Shown piece by piece: positions 33,677 through 42,610 of a stretch of 64,000 nt of DNA; the first letter of the stretch is position 1; every line of letters begins with the position of its first letter. Origin of the DNA: an uncultured Nitrosopumilales archaeon (GTDB lineage Archaea; Thermoproteota; Nitrososphaeria; Nitrososphaerales; UBA213); the NCBI GenBank assembly GCA_964373125.1, contig CAYJSN010000003.1:10480-74479 (forward strand). The letters run 5' to 3'. Under the pieces are notes generated by a model. The model was not told the origin of the DNA. It saw only the letters and a program-made list of their open reading frames with translations, and searched no databases. The translations under genes and the position numbers were made by a program.

Positions 33677-34491
33677 CTCAGGGTCAGCCTCCCCTCCCTC
33701 TTGCTGATCTTCTCCATCTTCCTCAGCGCAAAGTACGCAGCAGGCATCAGGATCGCGGCAAGTATAGCAAGGCCTGCTATGTGCAGCAGGACGCTGTTCA
33801 GGTCCCCGCCCAGGATCAGGAGCTGCCTTATCCCGTCTATGCCCAGCGTGAGAGGTATGGCCGTTGCGAGCAGCTTCACCGCGCCGGGGAAGAACCTGCT
33901 GCCCAGCACTGGATAATACATGCCAGAGAGCAGGTAGATCGGCTCCTGCAGCAGGTCCGCTGTATGGGTCGCCTCCCTCCCGTAGAGCAGGAAGAGCGAG
34001 GCGAAGAGCATCCCCATGCCGTAGAGCGCCACGACCGTTAGGACAAAGATCGCCGCCAGAGCGTACAAGTTGCCGACGGAGAACGCCACCGGAAAGAGCA
34101 GGGTGCCTATCGCCAGGATCGAGATCGATCTCATAGTTGTGTTCAGAATGCCTCCCACAGCCATCCCGACCAGCACCGACATCTTCGACACCGGCGCGAT
34201 CATGTAGAGCTCCAGCGTCCCGGTCTCCTTCTCCCAGTAGAACTGGGCCGACATCCCCCAGAGCACGTTGCTCCAGAACGCAAGCATCGCTCCTCCCACC
34301 ACGACAAAGCCGAGGAACTCCGGCGGCGCGCTGAGCGCCTGGTACATGTAGATGTAGGCGCTGACCGAGAGCAGCGGGATTATAACCTCGGCGATGCTCC
34401 AGTGGGGCTCCCGCATCAGCCCCTTCAGCCTGACGTATGCTCTTGCATAAACAACGCGCCCGTGGTTCGCGAGGTCACCTGCTATGGTCAT
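33667..34491 (-). CDS. ABC-2 type transporter permease
   Basis: 274 aa, about 6 TM. Overlaps the ATPase gene by 17 nt. Confidence 0.75.
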   Translation of the reverse strand: MTIAGDLANHGRVVYARAYVRLKGLMREPHWSIAEVIIPLLSVSAYIYMYQALSAPPEFLGFVVVGGAMLAFWSNVLWGMSAQFYWEKETGTLELYMIAPVSKMSVLVGMAVGGILNTTMRSISILAIGTLLFPVAFSVGNLYALAAIFVLTVVALYGMGMLFASLFLLYGREATHTADLLQEPIYLLSGMYYPVLGSRFFPGAVKLLATAIPLTLGIDGIRQLLILGGDLNSVLLHIAGLAILAAILMPAAYFALRKMEKISKREGRLTLRWQ

Positions 34492-35461
34492 CCCTGCCTA
34501 TTCCCCTGCCCACATACTTGATGTAAACGTCCTCCAGCGAGGGCTGGAAGGTGTTTATCGAGATTATCTTGTGGCCGTTCCTTGTCAGGTATGAGACAAG
34601 GTCAGATATCCTTGATTCGTCGTCGAGGACGACTCTTATGCTGGTTACTCCGTTCCCGTTCGTTTCAACAGAGGAGCCGACCACGCCGGCGACCTGCTCT
34701 ATGCCGCGCACCTCCGAGCTGTTCCTAACCTCGACCCGCACGGCTGTGTTCCTGCCCACCGAGTCCTTCAGCGCCTGCGGCGTCTCGTACGCGACGATCC
34801 TGCCGTTGTAGATTATCGCGACCCTGTCGCATATCTCCTCGGCCTCGGCCATGTAGTGCGTGGTGAGCATGACTGCCCTCGACCTGTCGCTGCGGACCCA
34901 GTTCTTGACGTAGTTACGTATGTGCTTGGCGTTGATTATGTCCAGGCCCAGCGTCGGCTCGTCCAAGAAGAGCACCTTTGGGGAGTTGATGAAGCCCCTC
35001 GCCAGGTTGAGCCGCTGCTTGTAGCCGGTGGAGAGCTTGTGCATCCTAGTATCTACATAATCCTCCAGCTCCATGTCGTGGATGAGCTGGTCCACGCGCT
35101 CCCTCGCCTGGTTCTTCGAGAGCCCGTAGAGCTGGGAAAAGAACCAGAGGTTCTCCTTCACCGTCAGTATCCCGTACCCCGGGGTCTCGCCGCCGCTCAC
35201 CAAGTTGATGACCCTCCTGACTTGGTTTGACTGCCTCACCACGTCGAAGCCGTAGACTGTTGCGCTACCCTCCGACGGCAGCAAGAGCGTGGAAAGCACC
35301 TTCACCAGCGTTGTCTTGCCCGCGCCGTTCGCGCCGAGTAGTCCTACTATCTCTCCATAGTTTATCCTGAGGTTGACCTTGTCGAGCGCTAGGATCTGGC
35401 CGCCCCTCACCTTGAATACTCTGGAGAGCGAGTCTGTCTCAACCGCGTGCATGATCATCAC
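34475..35461 (-). CDS. ABC transporter ATP-binding protein (DrrA/ABC-2 exporter type)
   Basis: 328 aa. Walker A GANGAGKTT, signature LSTGYKQRL, Walker B LFLDEPT, plus a C-terminal regulatory-like domain. Confidence 0.9.
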   Translation of the reverse strand: MMIMHAVETDSLSRVFKVRGGQILALDKVNLRINYGEIVGLLGANGAGKTTLVKVLSTLLLPSEGSATVYGFDVVRQSNQVRRVINLVSGGETPGYGILTVKENLWFFSQLYGLSKNQARERVDQLIHDMELEDYVDTRMHKLSTGYKQRLNLARGFINSPKVLFLDEPTLGLDIINAKHIRNYVKNWVRSDRSRAVMLTTHYMAEAEEICDRVAIIYNGRIVAYETPQALKDSVGRNTAVRVEVRNSSEVRGIEQVAGVVGSSVETNGNGVTSIRVVLDDESRISDLVSYLTRNGHKIISINTFQPSLEDVYIKYVGRGIGRDDHSR

Positions 35462-35691
35462 AATTTCGTGTGTTAGCTAGTTAGGGCTTCCTTATTATAT
35501 TCTCTATCTCTGCCCAACTGGCCGTCGGTCTCTGCTTCGTGATTGTTGGAGTGAACCGCAACGGACCGGCTCTGCGCGTCAAGCTCGAAAAACGCTCAGA
35601 ATTGATACGAACCCCACTAGGCCCGCTGTCTTAGTTCTAAGCTCAAGCAGAAGGCTACATATCTGTGACCTGAAACCATGCTAATTTCTCG

Positions 35692-36222
35692 CTAGGCTAT
35701 CTGCGCGCTGACCTTTATCACGTGGGACATGCTGTAGATTGCCGGGCAGCGTTCCTCTGCCATCCTCACCAGCTCCTGGAGCTTCTGCCTGTCGGCGTCG
35801 TCGCTCTCCGCGTCTATGCGGAAGCTCACGCCCTCGGTTATGGGCTCGTCGGCAACATCGAAGGTCTTCGCGAAGTTGATCGTACATTCTGCATCCACGG
35901 CCAGCCGGGTCAGCCTGACGCCGTTGAGTGCGGCGACGCTCACGAATGTCGCTATGAAGCACGAGGTTATCCCGGCTACGCAGTAGGCCATCGGGCCGAG
36001 CCTGCCGCCCTGCCCACCGAGGAATGATGGTGAATCGATCTCGATCAACTGCTTGCCCTTCTCGTACGACATCTCTGTCATGAATTGAAATCCTTTGCTT
36101 GGGTCGAGGTTCCACTCGCCGTGCAGCTTCACTGGCTTCTTCAGGGTGTTCCTGTCCTTCCTTCCGTTTTCGGCCGTCTGGGCTATCTTGTCCAGATCCA
36201 CGTTGTTCAGTATCCTTGCCAT
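35692..36222 (-). CDS. OsmC/Ohr-family protein
   Basis: 176 aa. The pattern ...GGQGGRLGPMAYCVAGITSCF... and C-terminal ...EERCPAIYS carries the two conserved Cys of OsmC-like peroxiredoxins. Confidence 0.75.
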   Translation of the reverse strand: MARILNNVDLDKIAQTAENGRKDRNTLKKPVKLHGEWNLDPSKGFQFMTEMSYEKGKQLIEIDSPSFLGGQGGRLGPMAYCVAGITSCFIATFVSVAALNGVRLTRLAVDAECTINFAKTFDVADEPITEGVSFRIDAESDDADRQKLQELVRMAEERCPAIYSMSHVIKVSAQIA

Positions 36223-36279
36223 GTGTGATGGAGGAAAGGCGGCAGATAAAATGGTTTTTATCGCACGGATCCTGGCGGG

Positions 36280-36726
36280 TCACTTTGCTACCTGGATGAA
36301 CTTGGACGGGAAGAGCTGCTTCGACTCCTCCTCGGCGAGCCCCTCGAACTCCAGCCAGATCTCGCTTCCGGCCTTGAACCTTCCTGTTAACTGGGTCGCT
36401 AGGTTGACGATGAACTCATTCTCGGCTGAGACCTTGGCCTCAGAGATGAAGGTCCTTTGGCTCTTCCTCACTATGCTGCCCCCCACAGTCTGCCTAAGGA
36501 ACTCCTCCACAGCCGACCTGACCTCGTCGCTACATTCAACAACGTACATGCCGAGGCCGCTCATCGGCTCCTTGTCAAAGGGAACCCCGCCCCTGAACCA
36601 GAAGACGCTGAAGTACGACGATTCAGAGAACCCGCACCGTATCTCCCAGTGAACCAGCTTCCCTACAGGATACGGCGTAGCCTTGACCTCCTCGGGGGTC
36701 AGGTGCCAGTAGAGCGCCCGTACCAT
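36280..36726 (-). CDS. Hypothetical protein (148 aa)
   Basis: Start moved to ATG 36726 (MVRALYWHLTPEEV...). The upstream 122 residues of the track ORF are Arg/Pro/Gly-rich and overlap the neighbouring regulator gene. Confidence 0.45.
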   Translation of the reverse strand: MVRALYWHLTPEEVKATPYPVGKLVHWEIRCGFSESSYFSVFWFRGGVPFDKEPMSGLGMYVVECSDEVRSAVEEFLRQTVGGSIVRKSQRTFISEAKVSAENEFIVNLATQLTGRFKAGSEIWLEFEGLAEEESKQLFPSKFIQVAK

Positions 36727-36818
36727 GGCCACCAAATGATGGTTTGGGCTCTTAATATGTTTGGACTGCCCGATGGCAGGAAGCCTGACTAGAAAAATAA
36801 AAGAATCGCGCCCCGCGG

Positions 36819-37226
36819 TCAGGGCGTGAGGCCGTTGTAGGCGGAGCGGCGTTCGTCCTCGCCGTTGTGGCCGCTGCCCTCGCTCTGGTCCGTCGCGTGC
36901 ATCATGGCTATCAGCCGCGCAAGTATCTCCTTCAGGATTATGCCCTCCTTCGTGACCGAGAGGCCGCCCTTGGTCACGTCTATGAAGCCCTTCTTGGAGA
37001 GTTCGGTGACGCGCTTCATGGCCTGGTAGTAGTCGAAGCCGAGCGTCCTTGCCACCTGGTAGACCTTCAGCTTCGGGCTCATCGTGACGCACTGGAGGAT
37101 GCAGAAGTTCTGCACGTAGGACGGCCTGCGCTTCATGCTCCTTGCCACGTCGAGCAGCTCGATGTCGAGGTGGGTCTTCTCTTCCATGTCCATATTATCC
37201 AGCCGGGAGATATTATTTGGCATCAA
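36819..37226 (-). CDS. Winged-helix transcriptional regulator, tentative
   Basis: 135 aa. ...KLKVYQVARTLGFDYYQAMKRVTELSKKGFIDVTKGGLSVTKEG... looks like an HTH plus wing. Confidence 0.5.
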   Translation of the reverse strand: MMPNNISRLDNMDMEEKTHLDIELLDVARSMKRRPSYVQNFCILQCVTMSPKLKVYQVARTLGFDYYQAMKRVTELSKKGFIDVTKGGLSVTKEGIILKEILARLIAMMHATDQSEGSGHNGEDERRSAYNGLTP

Positions 37227-37302
37227 ATAATAATTAATGGCACATATTAATTAACTTTTGGTATATAAAATATACTGGGAAATAATAAATCCCGAATGAG
37301 GG

Positions 37303-39402
37303 CTACTGCGCCGTGACGACGGTTCCTTCGGGGCCGATCGAGAACATGTAGACCGAATCTACGTTCGCGTTCTCGAATATGTCGGCATCGTGGGTGATGA
37401 TGATTATCTGCGATAACGGTCCCAGACCCTCCCTGAAGGCCTCGGTTATTATGCTCACCAGTCGTTGTCTTCGCTCCTCGTCAAGGTGCGTTGTGGGCTC
37501 ATCGAGGATCACGAAGTCCACACTCCCGTGGCCCATCACATATGCCATCGCGAGCCTGAGCGCAAGCGCTATGGCGACCTTCTCCCCCCCACTGAGCGAG
37601 CTCATGTCTATAGCGCCCCTGGGCCCGTAGCACGTTATCTCCACATCCCTGCGCTTCTCCGTGAGCTCCAGCCTAGAGACATTGACGCCGAACATGCTGA
37701 TGTACTCCGAGCCCTTCTGGGAGATGATCCTGAGCGCCCACGACCTAAGGCTCATCGCGACTGACCCGTCCCTGTTGAAGACACCCTCTCTTATCCCCTC
37801 CAGCAGCCTGACATAGGCGTAGGCGCTCTTCAGCTCCTCCAAGGCCTTTGAAAGCGTATCTATATCCATCCTTGCACGTTCGTTTATCGCAGTGAACCTT
37901 CCGATATCTCTTTCAAGCATCTTCTCCTTGCTGACAAGTTCGTCGTGCATGCTCTGCTTTTCATCGTACTCCTTCCGGTCAAAGCTGGCCACCTCCTTGC
38001 GGAGCCTGCCGATCCTGTTTACAAGCGCGTGCGAGTAGTCATCGATCACGAGCTTTTCGGGGTCGTGAGCATCCACGACCATTTCGGGCATGCTACCGAT
38101 CTCCTTGTTCTTCTTCCGTATCTCCTCCCTGATCCTAGCCACATCCTCGCTGCCGCGCATCCCGGCATCTCTCAGGGACTTGATGGCGGCCTTCGCCAGA
38201 CTCTGCAACTCCAAGAGCTTGTTCTCATCATTTTTAAGTTCGCTTAGACTGGTCTTCTTCTTTTGCAGGTCCTTCTCAATAGTCGACAGGTCGTCGCGTA
38301 TGTGTTCCGGGTCGTACTTCAGTTTGGTCTTGGAGCCTTTAACCTCGGCGCCGCAGACCGGGCACTTGCCGTCGACCGGCTTCAGGTACTCTGCACACTC
38401 CAGAAGACCGTTCAGCCTGCCCAGCGCACTTTCGCTTTTCTCTACGCTCTCTTCTAGCTTCTCGATCTTCTTCCTTGTCGGCTCCAGCTTCGTCTCCACC
38501 TCCGATATCAGCGAGGCCTGCTCCAAGTTAGCGGTGGCGGTACCGAGCCGGTCCTCCAGCTCCAGCAGCTCGTTACTCAGCGTCTCCTTCATTTCGACGG
38601 ACTTTCTCCTAACGTACTCGAGCAGGTCGGACTCCTGCTCCTCCAGCTCCTGCGACTTGAGGCTCAGGTGCTCCAGCACGTTGAGCCTCTGCTTGATCTT
38701 GCTTGTCTGCTCGCTCAGGCCCAGTAGCCTGCTCTTCATTTTGTCGAGCTCGGCCTGCGATTCTTCTAGGTCTTTCCTGGCATCGAAAATCTTCTGCTTC
38801 ACGGTCTCGATGTCCTGGTCGTCGTAGCCGGTCATCTTCCTAAGCCTCTCCCTGAAGAGCGTGATGAGCCTGCCCATGCTCTCGAAGGCCCGATCGAGCC
38901 GCTCTATCCCGATCAGCGCGTTGATCAGCTCCTTGAACTCCCTAGGCTTGTTCTCCAGGATCGCGTCCAGCTCGCCCTGCTGCACAACCGCGGCGACCCT
39001 CAGCTTCTCATAGTCTAGGCCGATCAGGTTGCCTGCCTCCACGCTCATCGCCTCGCCCATCGTCCTACGCTCGCCGTACCCGAGGATTCTGGGGCCTGCC
39101 TCGGTGATCTCTTCTAGTTTTGCCAGTGTCAGCGAGCCTCTTGCATCGAGCGTCCTCGTTGCCTGGTATCGCTTCGAGTCCATCGTGAACGTGAGTGCCA
39201 CCTTGGAGCCCTCGGAACCGCGGCGCACAAGGTTCCTGTTCTGCCCCCTAGTGTGCTGGCCGTAGAGCGCGAAGGTTATCGCGTCTATGACCGATGACTT
39301 GCCGGAGCCGTTCCTGCCGATGAAGATCGTGACGCCGCGGTCGAACTTCAGCAGTGTCTCCCTGTGGGATACAAAGTTCTCGAGCTCGATCTTCTCAAGC
39401 AT
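37303..39402 (-). CDS. rad50: DNA double-strand break repair ATPase Rad50
   Basis: 699 aa from ATG 39402 (MLEKIELENFVSH...). Walker A GRNGSGKSS, zinc hook CPVCG mid-protein, signature LSGGEKVAIALALRLA, Walker B FVILDEPT. Overlaps mre11 by 8 nt. Confidence 0.88.
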   Translation of the reverse strand: MLEKIELENFVSHRETLLKFDRGVTIFIGRNGSGKSSVIDAITFALYGQHTRGQNRNLVRRGSEGSKVALTFTMDSKRYQATRTLDARGSLTLAKLEEITEAGPRILGYGERRTMGEAMSVEAGNLIGLDYEKLRVAAVVQQGELDAILENKPREFKELINALIGIERLDRAFESMGRLITLFRERLRKMTGYDDQDIETVKQKIFDARKDLEESQAELDKMKSRLLGLSEQTSKIKQRLNVLEHLSLKSQELEEQESDLLEYVRRKSVEMKETLSNELLELEDRLGTATANLEQASLISEVETKLEPTRKKIEKLEESVEKSESALGRLNGLLECAEYLKPVDGKCPVCGAEVKGSKTKLKYDPEHIRDDLSTIEKDLQKKKTSLSELKNDENKLLELQSLAKAAIKSLRDAGMRGSEDVARIREEIRKKNKEIGSMPEMVVDAHDPEKLVIDDYSHALVNRIGRLRKEVASFDRKEYDEKQSMHDELVSKEKMLERDIGRFTAINERARMDIDTLSKALEELKSAYAYVRLLEGIREGVFNRDGSVAMSLRSWALRIISQKGSEYISMFGVNVSRLELTEKRRDVEITCYGPRGAIDMSSLSGGEKVAIALALRLAMAYVMGHGSVDFVILDEPTTHLDEERRQRLVSIITEAFREGLGPLSQIIIITHDADIFENANVDSVYMFSIGPEGTVVTAQ

Positions 39403-40558
39403 CGCTGCGCCCTCCTTTCGATTTGGACTTTTCGTAGACCTGCCAGGCCAGCTCCAAGGCCTCATCAATCTCCCCGCGCTCCAGCGGCGGCAGCAAATCA
39501 TTGACAGCGAACCTAGATTCGTCCTCGCTGCCCAACTCTTTGCTGGCAAGCTCGAGCAGCTTTGTGGTGATATCGCCGGGCTTTTCTTCCAGCAAAGTGT
39601 AGCCGCCGGGCTCGTCGATCACGTCCCACCTGCTGTGCAGCATGATGGTGGCAAGTTTGGAGACCAGGTCTGCGACCCGCCTAGAATCGACCTCCTTGCC
39701 GCTTACTGTCAAATGTAGCACAGGCTTCCTCTGCATCTTTTGCACGCTTTCCCTGAGCTCGTCCAGCCTTGCGGCGAGTTCGTCATACTTCACCGAGACA
39801 GAGATCTGTGGCCTGATGTCCAGCTTCTGCCATTGCGCGCTGGCCTCCTTCCCGGAGAGATCCACTATGTAGAACCCCTTCTCGGCCTCGCCGGCCGCCT
39901 CTCTCACCGCTTCGGACGGTGTTATCTCGATCGAGCCCGGATAGACCAGCGGCCCGCCGAGGTGGTCGAACCTGTGGGTGCTCCTGTCGTGGTAGTGACC
40001 CATCGCGTAGTAGGTGAAGTTCTGCGGCAGATCGTTCGAGCCAATCTCTCCAGCGTACTTGTTTATGTCGAGCAGTCCTTCGTGCAGGATCAACACCCTG
40101 TGGCCGCTGAACTCCTTGGCCTTCTGGTCGACCTCCCTCAGCCTAACAATAAGATCCTCGATCTCGCTACGCCTGTACTTGTCGAAGCCCACGAAGAGCG
40201 TGTTATTGAACTCGTGCAGATCCTCGCCATTCTTGAGGTAGGTTGCAAAACCCAAGTTGTGGAAGGTCCATGAGACGGGTACGCCCCTCACTCTGCTCAC
40301 GTCGTGCTCCCCGAGGACGAAGAAGACGCGTATGTTCTTCTCCTTCAGCTTCTTCAGCTGATCTCCTAGCTTCACTATCGCCCTGCCGGGCGGCTTCGGC
40401 GAGTCGAAGATATCGCCCGCGAGTATCACGGCCCTGACGCCCTCCCTGATCGAGATGTCGATTGCCTGCTCGAAGGCGTTGTAGATGTCCTTTTCCCTCT
40501 CCTCGAGGTTGAACTGCGAGTAACCAAGGTGGATGTCGGAGAGGTGAGCAACCAGCAT
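39395..40558 (-). CDS. mre11: DNA double-strand break repair nuclease Mre11
   Basis: MLVAHLSDIHLG (motif I), GDIFD, LGEHD, and MGHYH phosphoesterase motifs. ATG 40558 is preferred over the track start 40594, which overlaps herA. Confidence 0.85.
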   Translation of the reverse strand: MLVAHLSDIHLGYSQFNLEEREKDIYNAFEQAIDISIREGVRAVILAGDIFDSPKPPGRAIVKLGDQLKKLKEKNIRVFFVLGEHDVSRVRGVPVSWTFHNLGFATYLKNGEDLHEFNNTLFVGFDKYRRSEIEDLIVRLREVDQKAKEFSGHRVLILHEGLLDINKYAGEIGSNDLPQNFTYYAMGHYHDRSTHRFDHLGGPLVYPGSIEITPSEAVREAAGEAEKGFYIVDLSGKEASAQWQKLDIRPQISVSVKYDELAARLDELRESVQKMQRKPVLHLTVSGKEVDSRRVADLVSKLATIMLHSRWDVIDEPGGYTLLEEKPGDITTKLLELASKELGSEDESRFAVNDLLPPLERGEIDEALELAWQVYEKSKSKGGRSDA

Positions 40559-40568
40559 GGATGACCAA

Positions 40569-42107
40569 CTAGTCTTTGAGGTATTCTCTTTCAATCACTG
40601 CCTGTGTCGATTCTTTCGAGTCTTCCCTGATCTTGCGCATCTGACGCCACTGCTTGACGGCCCGCTGATCCGCGCCGGTCTTCTTCTCCAGCACCTGATC
40701 TATACGCACGAAGGTGGGCAGGTTCACCCACTGGCCGACCAAGATGGCGTCGCCGGGGTTTAGCGCCGGCAGCTGCTCCACTATCTCCTTGCTCAGGGCC
40801 TCGCTCGCGGCCGCTGCCTGCGCCTGGTCGTCCTGCTGCACCATCTTCATGACGGCCAGGGAGCCCATCTGGCTGAGAATGTTGGGATCTATGCTTCTCG
40901 GCCTTTGCGAAACTATGACCAGGCCCAGGCCGAACTTCCGCCCCTCCCTAGCCACCTTTCCGGCTATGTACTTTGTATCGGTCTCTTCGTCCCTGCTGAT
41001 GAACACGTGCGCTTCCTCCAGCACAACCAGCACGGGCGCGGTGAACCTTGGAGCTTTCTTGTCTTCCTCGCCGCCTTTCGCCCTAGTCATCTTCGATGCG
41101 CGTTTCCTGTCGTATAGTAGCTCCTCCAGATAGAACCCGACCGCGATATCGGCCTGGCGATCCGTCAACTCGATTAGGTTTACCACGTTCACCTTTCCGT
41201 TCTTGATCAGCGCGGTGGGGTCGCTGACGCCAGCATCTAGTATGCTCTTGAGTCGCTTCCTTGCGAAATCGATCTTGTCCTGCACCCTCTCTGCTGCTTC
41301 CCTGTATGTCTTTTCGCTTACACGCTCGTTCACCTTTGTGTATAATGTGTCCCAGAAACCCTCGCCGTGCCTGACCGTGGCTTCTTTGAAGGCCTCGTTG
41401 AGGACGGTCCGCTGCTTGTCGGCGCCTTTCCTTATCTCCATGACATCGGCGAATTTATCGAACTCCAAGTACCGCGGGTTTATCTTGGCGTCCATCACGT
41501 TTATGCCGTCTATGTTCAGCAGGGAATAATCGTCGTGGTAATCGAATATCACCATCGTGCCTCCGACTTTTGCCATCTGCTTTGCCAGCAGGGACACGAG
41601 GTTGCTCTTTCCCATCCCGGTCATCGCTAGTATAGCAAGATGCCTTGAGACCATCATGTCCATGTTCGCCCTCACCTCGACCTTGCCGTTCCTGAGCAGT
41701 GCCCCCACCCTGATCCATTCCTCGCCGTCGGGAGCAAAGACGCCGCCGAGATCCTCTCCGCCCGCTTCAGATATCTCCTTACCTGGCAGTGGTGGCACGG
41801 CCGGGATGATCGCCTTTCCGTTCTGGAGCTGGTCCAAGTAGCCCAGCACCCTCACTCTTGCCCTGTAGCTCTTATCGCGGAGATTTTCCTCTGCCACTTT
41901 CTTGCTCTCCAAGGCTTCGCTGTAATTCCGGATATCTTTCCCCAAGGCGTCGCTCACTATCATGGAGCTCTCTACCAGTCCCAGGATCTTCCCGTTGTCG
42001 CTGTTGATTATAACATACTCGCCAGCGCTCACCGGCCTGCTAGCCTCGAACATAATCTCATGAGGCTTTGATTCGCCGACAACTATGCCTATCTCCTTGG
42101 TGAGCAC
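40569..42107 (-). CDS. herA: HerA hexameric DNA helicase/translocase
   Basis: 512 aa. N-terminal HAS-barrel-like region, Walker A TGMGKSN, Walker B VLVVLEEAH. The TATA-like TTTTATA lies about 35 nt upstream. Confidence 0.9.
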   Translation of the reverse strand: MLTKEIGIVVGESKPHEIMFEASRPVSAGEYVIINSDNGKILGLVESSMIVSDALGKDIRNYSEALESKKVAEENLRDKSYRARVRVLGYLDQLQNGKAIIPAVPPLPGKEISEAGGEDLGGVFAPDGEEWIRVGALLRNGKVEVRANMDMMVSRHLAILAMTGMGKSNLVSLLAKQMAKVGGTMVIFDYHDDYSLLNIDGINVMDAKINPRYLEFDKFADVMEIRKGADKQRTVLNEAFKEATVRHGEGFWDTLYTKVNERVSEKTYREAAERVQDKIDFARKRLKSILDAGVSDPTALIKNGKVNVVNLIELTDRQADIAVGFYLEELLYDRKRASKMTRAKGGEEDKKAPRFTAPVLVVLEEAHVFISRDEETDTKYIAGKVAREGRKFGLGLVIVSQRPRSIDPNILSQMGSLAVMKMVQQDDQAQAAAASEALSKEIVEQLPALNPGDAILVGQWVNLPTFVRIDQVLEKKTGADQRAVKQWRQMRKIREDSKESTQAVIEREYLKD

Positions 42108-42157
42108 CTCTTCCTGCCTCCCTACTCAATCACAGTGGGACGGGTATAAAAGAATAG

Positions 42158-42604
42158 TTAAGGTTTACCTAGTAAAACTTCTGATCCATCAAACTTATAG
42201 CTGGATAAAATAGTCGAAAGTCTTTCCCTAAGCATAACTTCATCTTCTGGTGAGAACTTTACCGCTTCTCTCTGCCCATAGTACTTTCGTGCCGCAGCTT
42301 CTCCTATTACCGCCTCGAGGTTAAACCGGTGACGAACATGAAATTTAGCACCGCTACTAAAGATTATAGCATATTTCCACTCATGATCATACAATCTTTT
42401 CGACTCGTTTTGATCATCCTCAACTAAATCTTCAAAAATTAACATCCCCGCAACTCTACCCAGAAATCTTCCAGGTTCATCTTGCTTAACTATTTGAAGA
42501 AGCAGAGGTTCGCCTTTCTCTATAGAAGGTCGTTCGTCCAAGAAAAACTTCTTTACTTGAAAGATTTTGTCAAGGTACATCTTCCTGATGTTTAAACGCC
42601 ACAT
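42158..42604 (-). CDS. AT-rich hypothetical protein inserted between nurA and herA (PUA/ASCH/EVE-like fold suspected)
   Basis: 148 aa intact ORF. A spot count of one 60-nt line gives about 35% GC against about 50-60% in herA/nurA lines. Only 6 nt separate it from the nurA stop. Fold guess is based on the pattern MWRLNIRK...GEPLLLQIVK...GRVAGMLIFE and is weak. Confidence 0.55.
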   Translation of the reverse strand: MWRLNIRKMYLDKIFQVKKFFLDERPSIEKGEPLLLQIVKQDEPGRFLGRVAGMLIFEDLVEDDQNESKRLYDHEWKYAIIFSSGAKFHVRHRFNLEAVIGEAAARKYYGQREAVKFSPEDEVMLRERLSTILSSYKFDGSEVLLGKP

Positions 42605-42610
42605 GAGTTT

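Noticed and set aside
35461-35691. 230-bp intergenic spacer scanned for a tRNA or other structured RNA
   Set aside because: I found no cloverleaf, no C/D or H/ACA boxes and no extended helices. It holds only a TATA-like box for the ABC operon and the degenerate att-like 27-mer reported separately.
39403-39549. 49-codon N-terminal extension of the Rad50 ORF (and analogous extensions at 20358-20513, 36727-37092 and 60666-60725)
   Set aside because: The extensions overlap the upstream gene and have Arg/Trp/Pro-rich composition. They precede an internal ATG that yields the canonical family N-terminus (MLEKIELENF..., a signal peptide, or an ATGA-coupled start).
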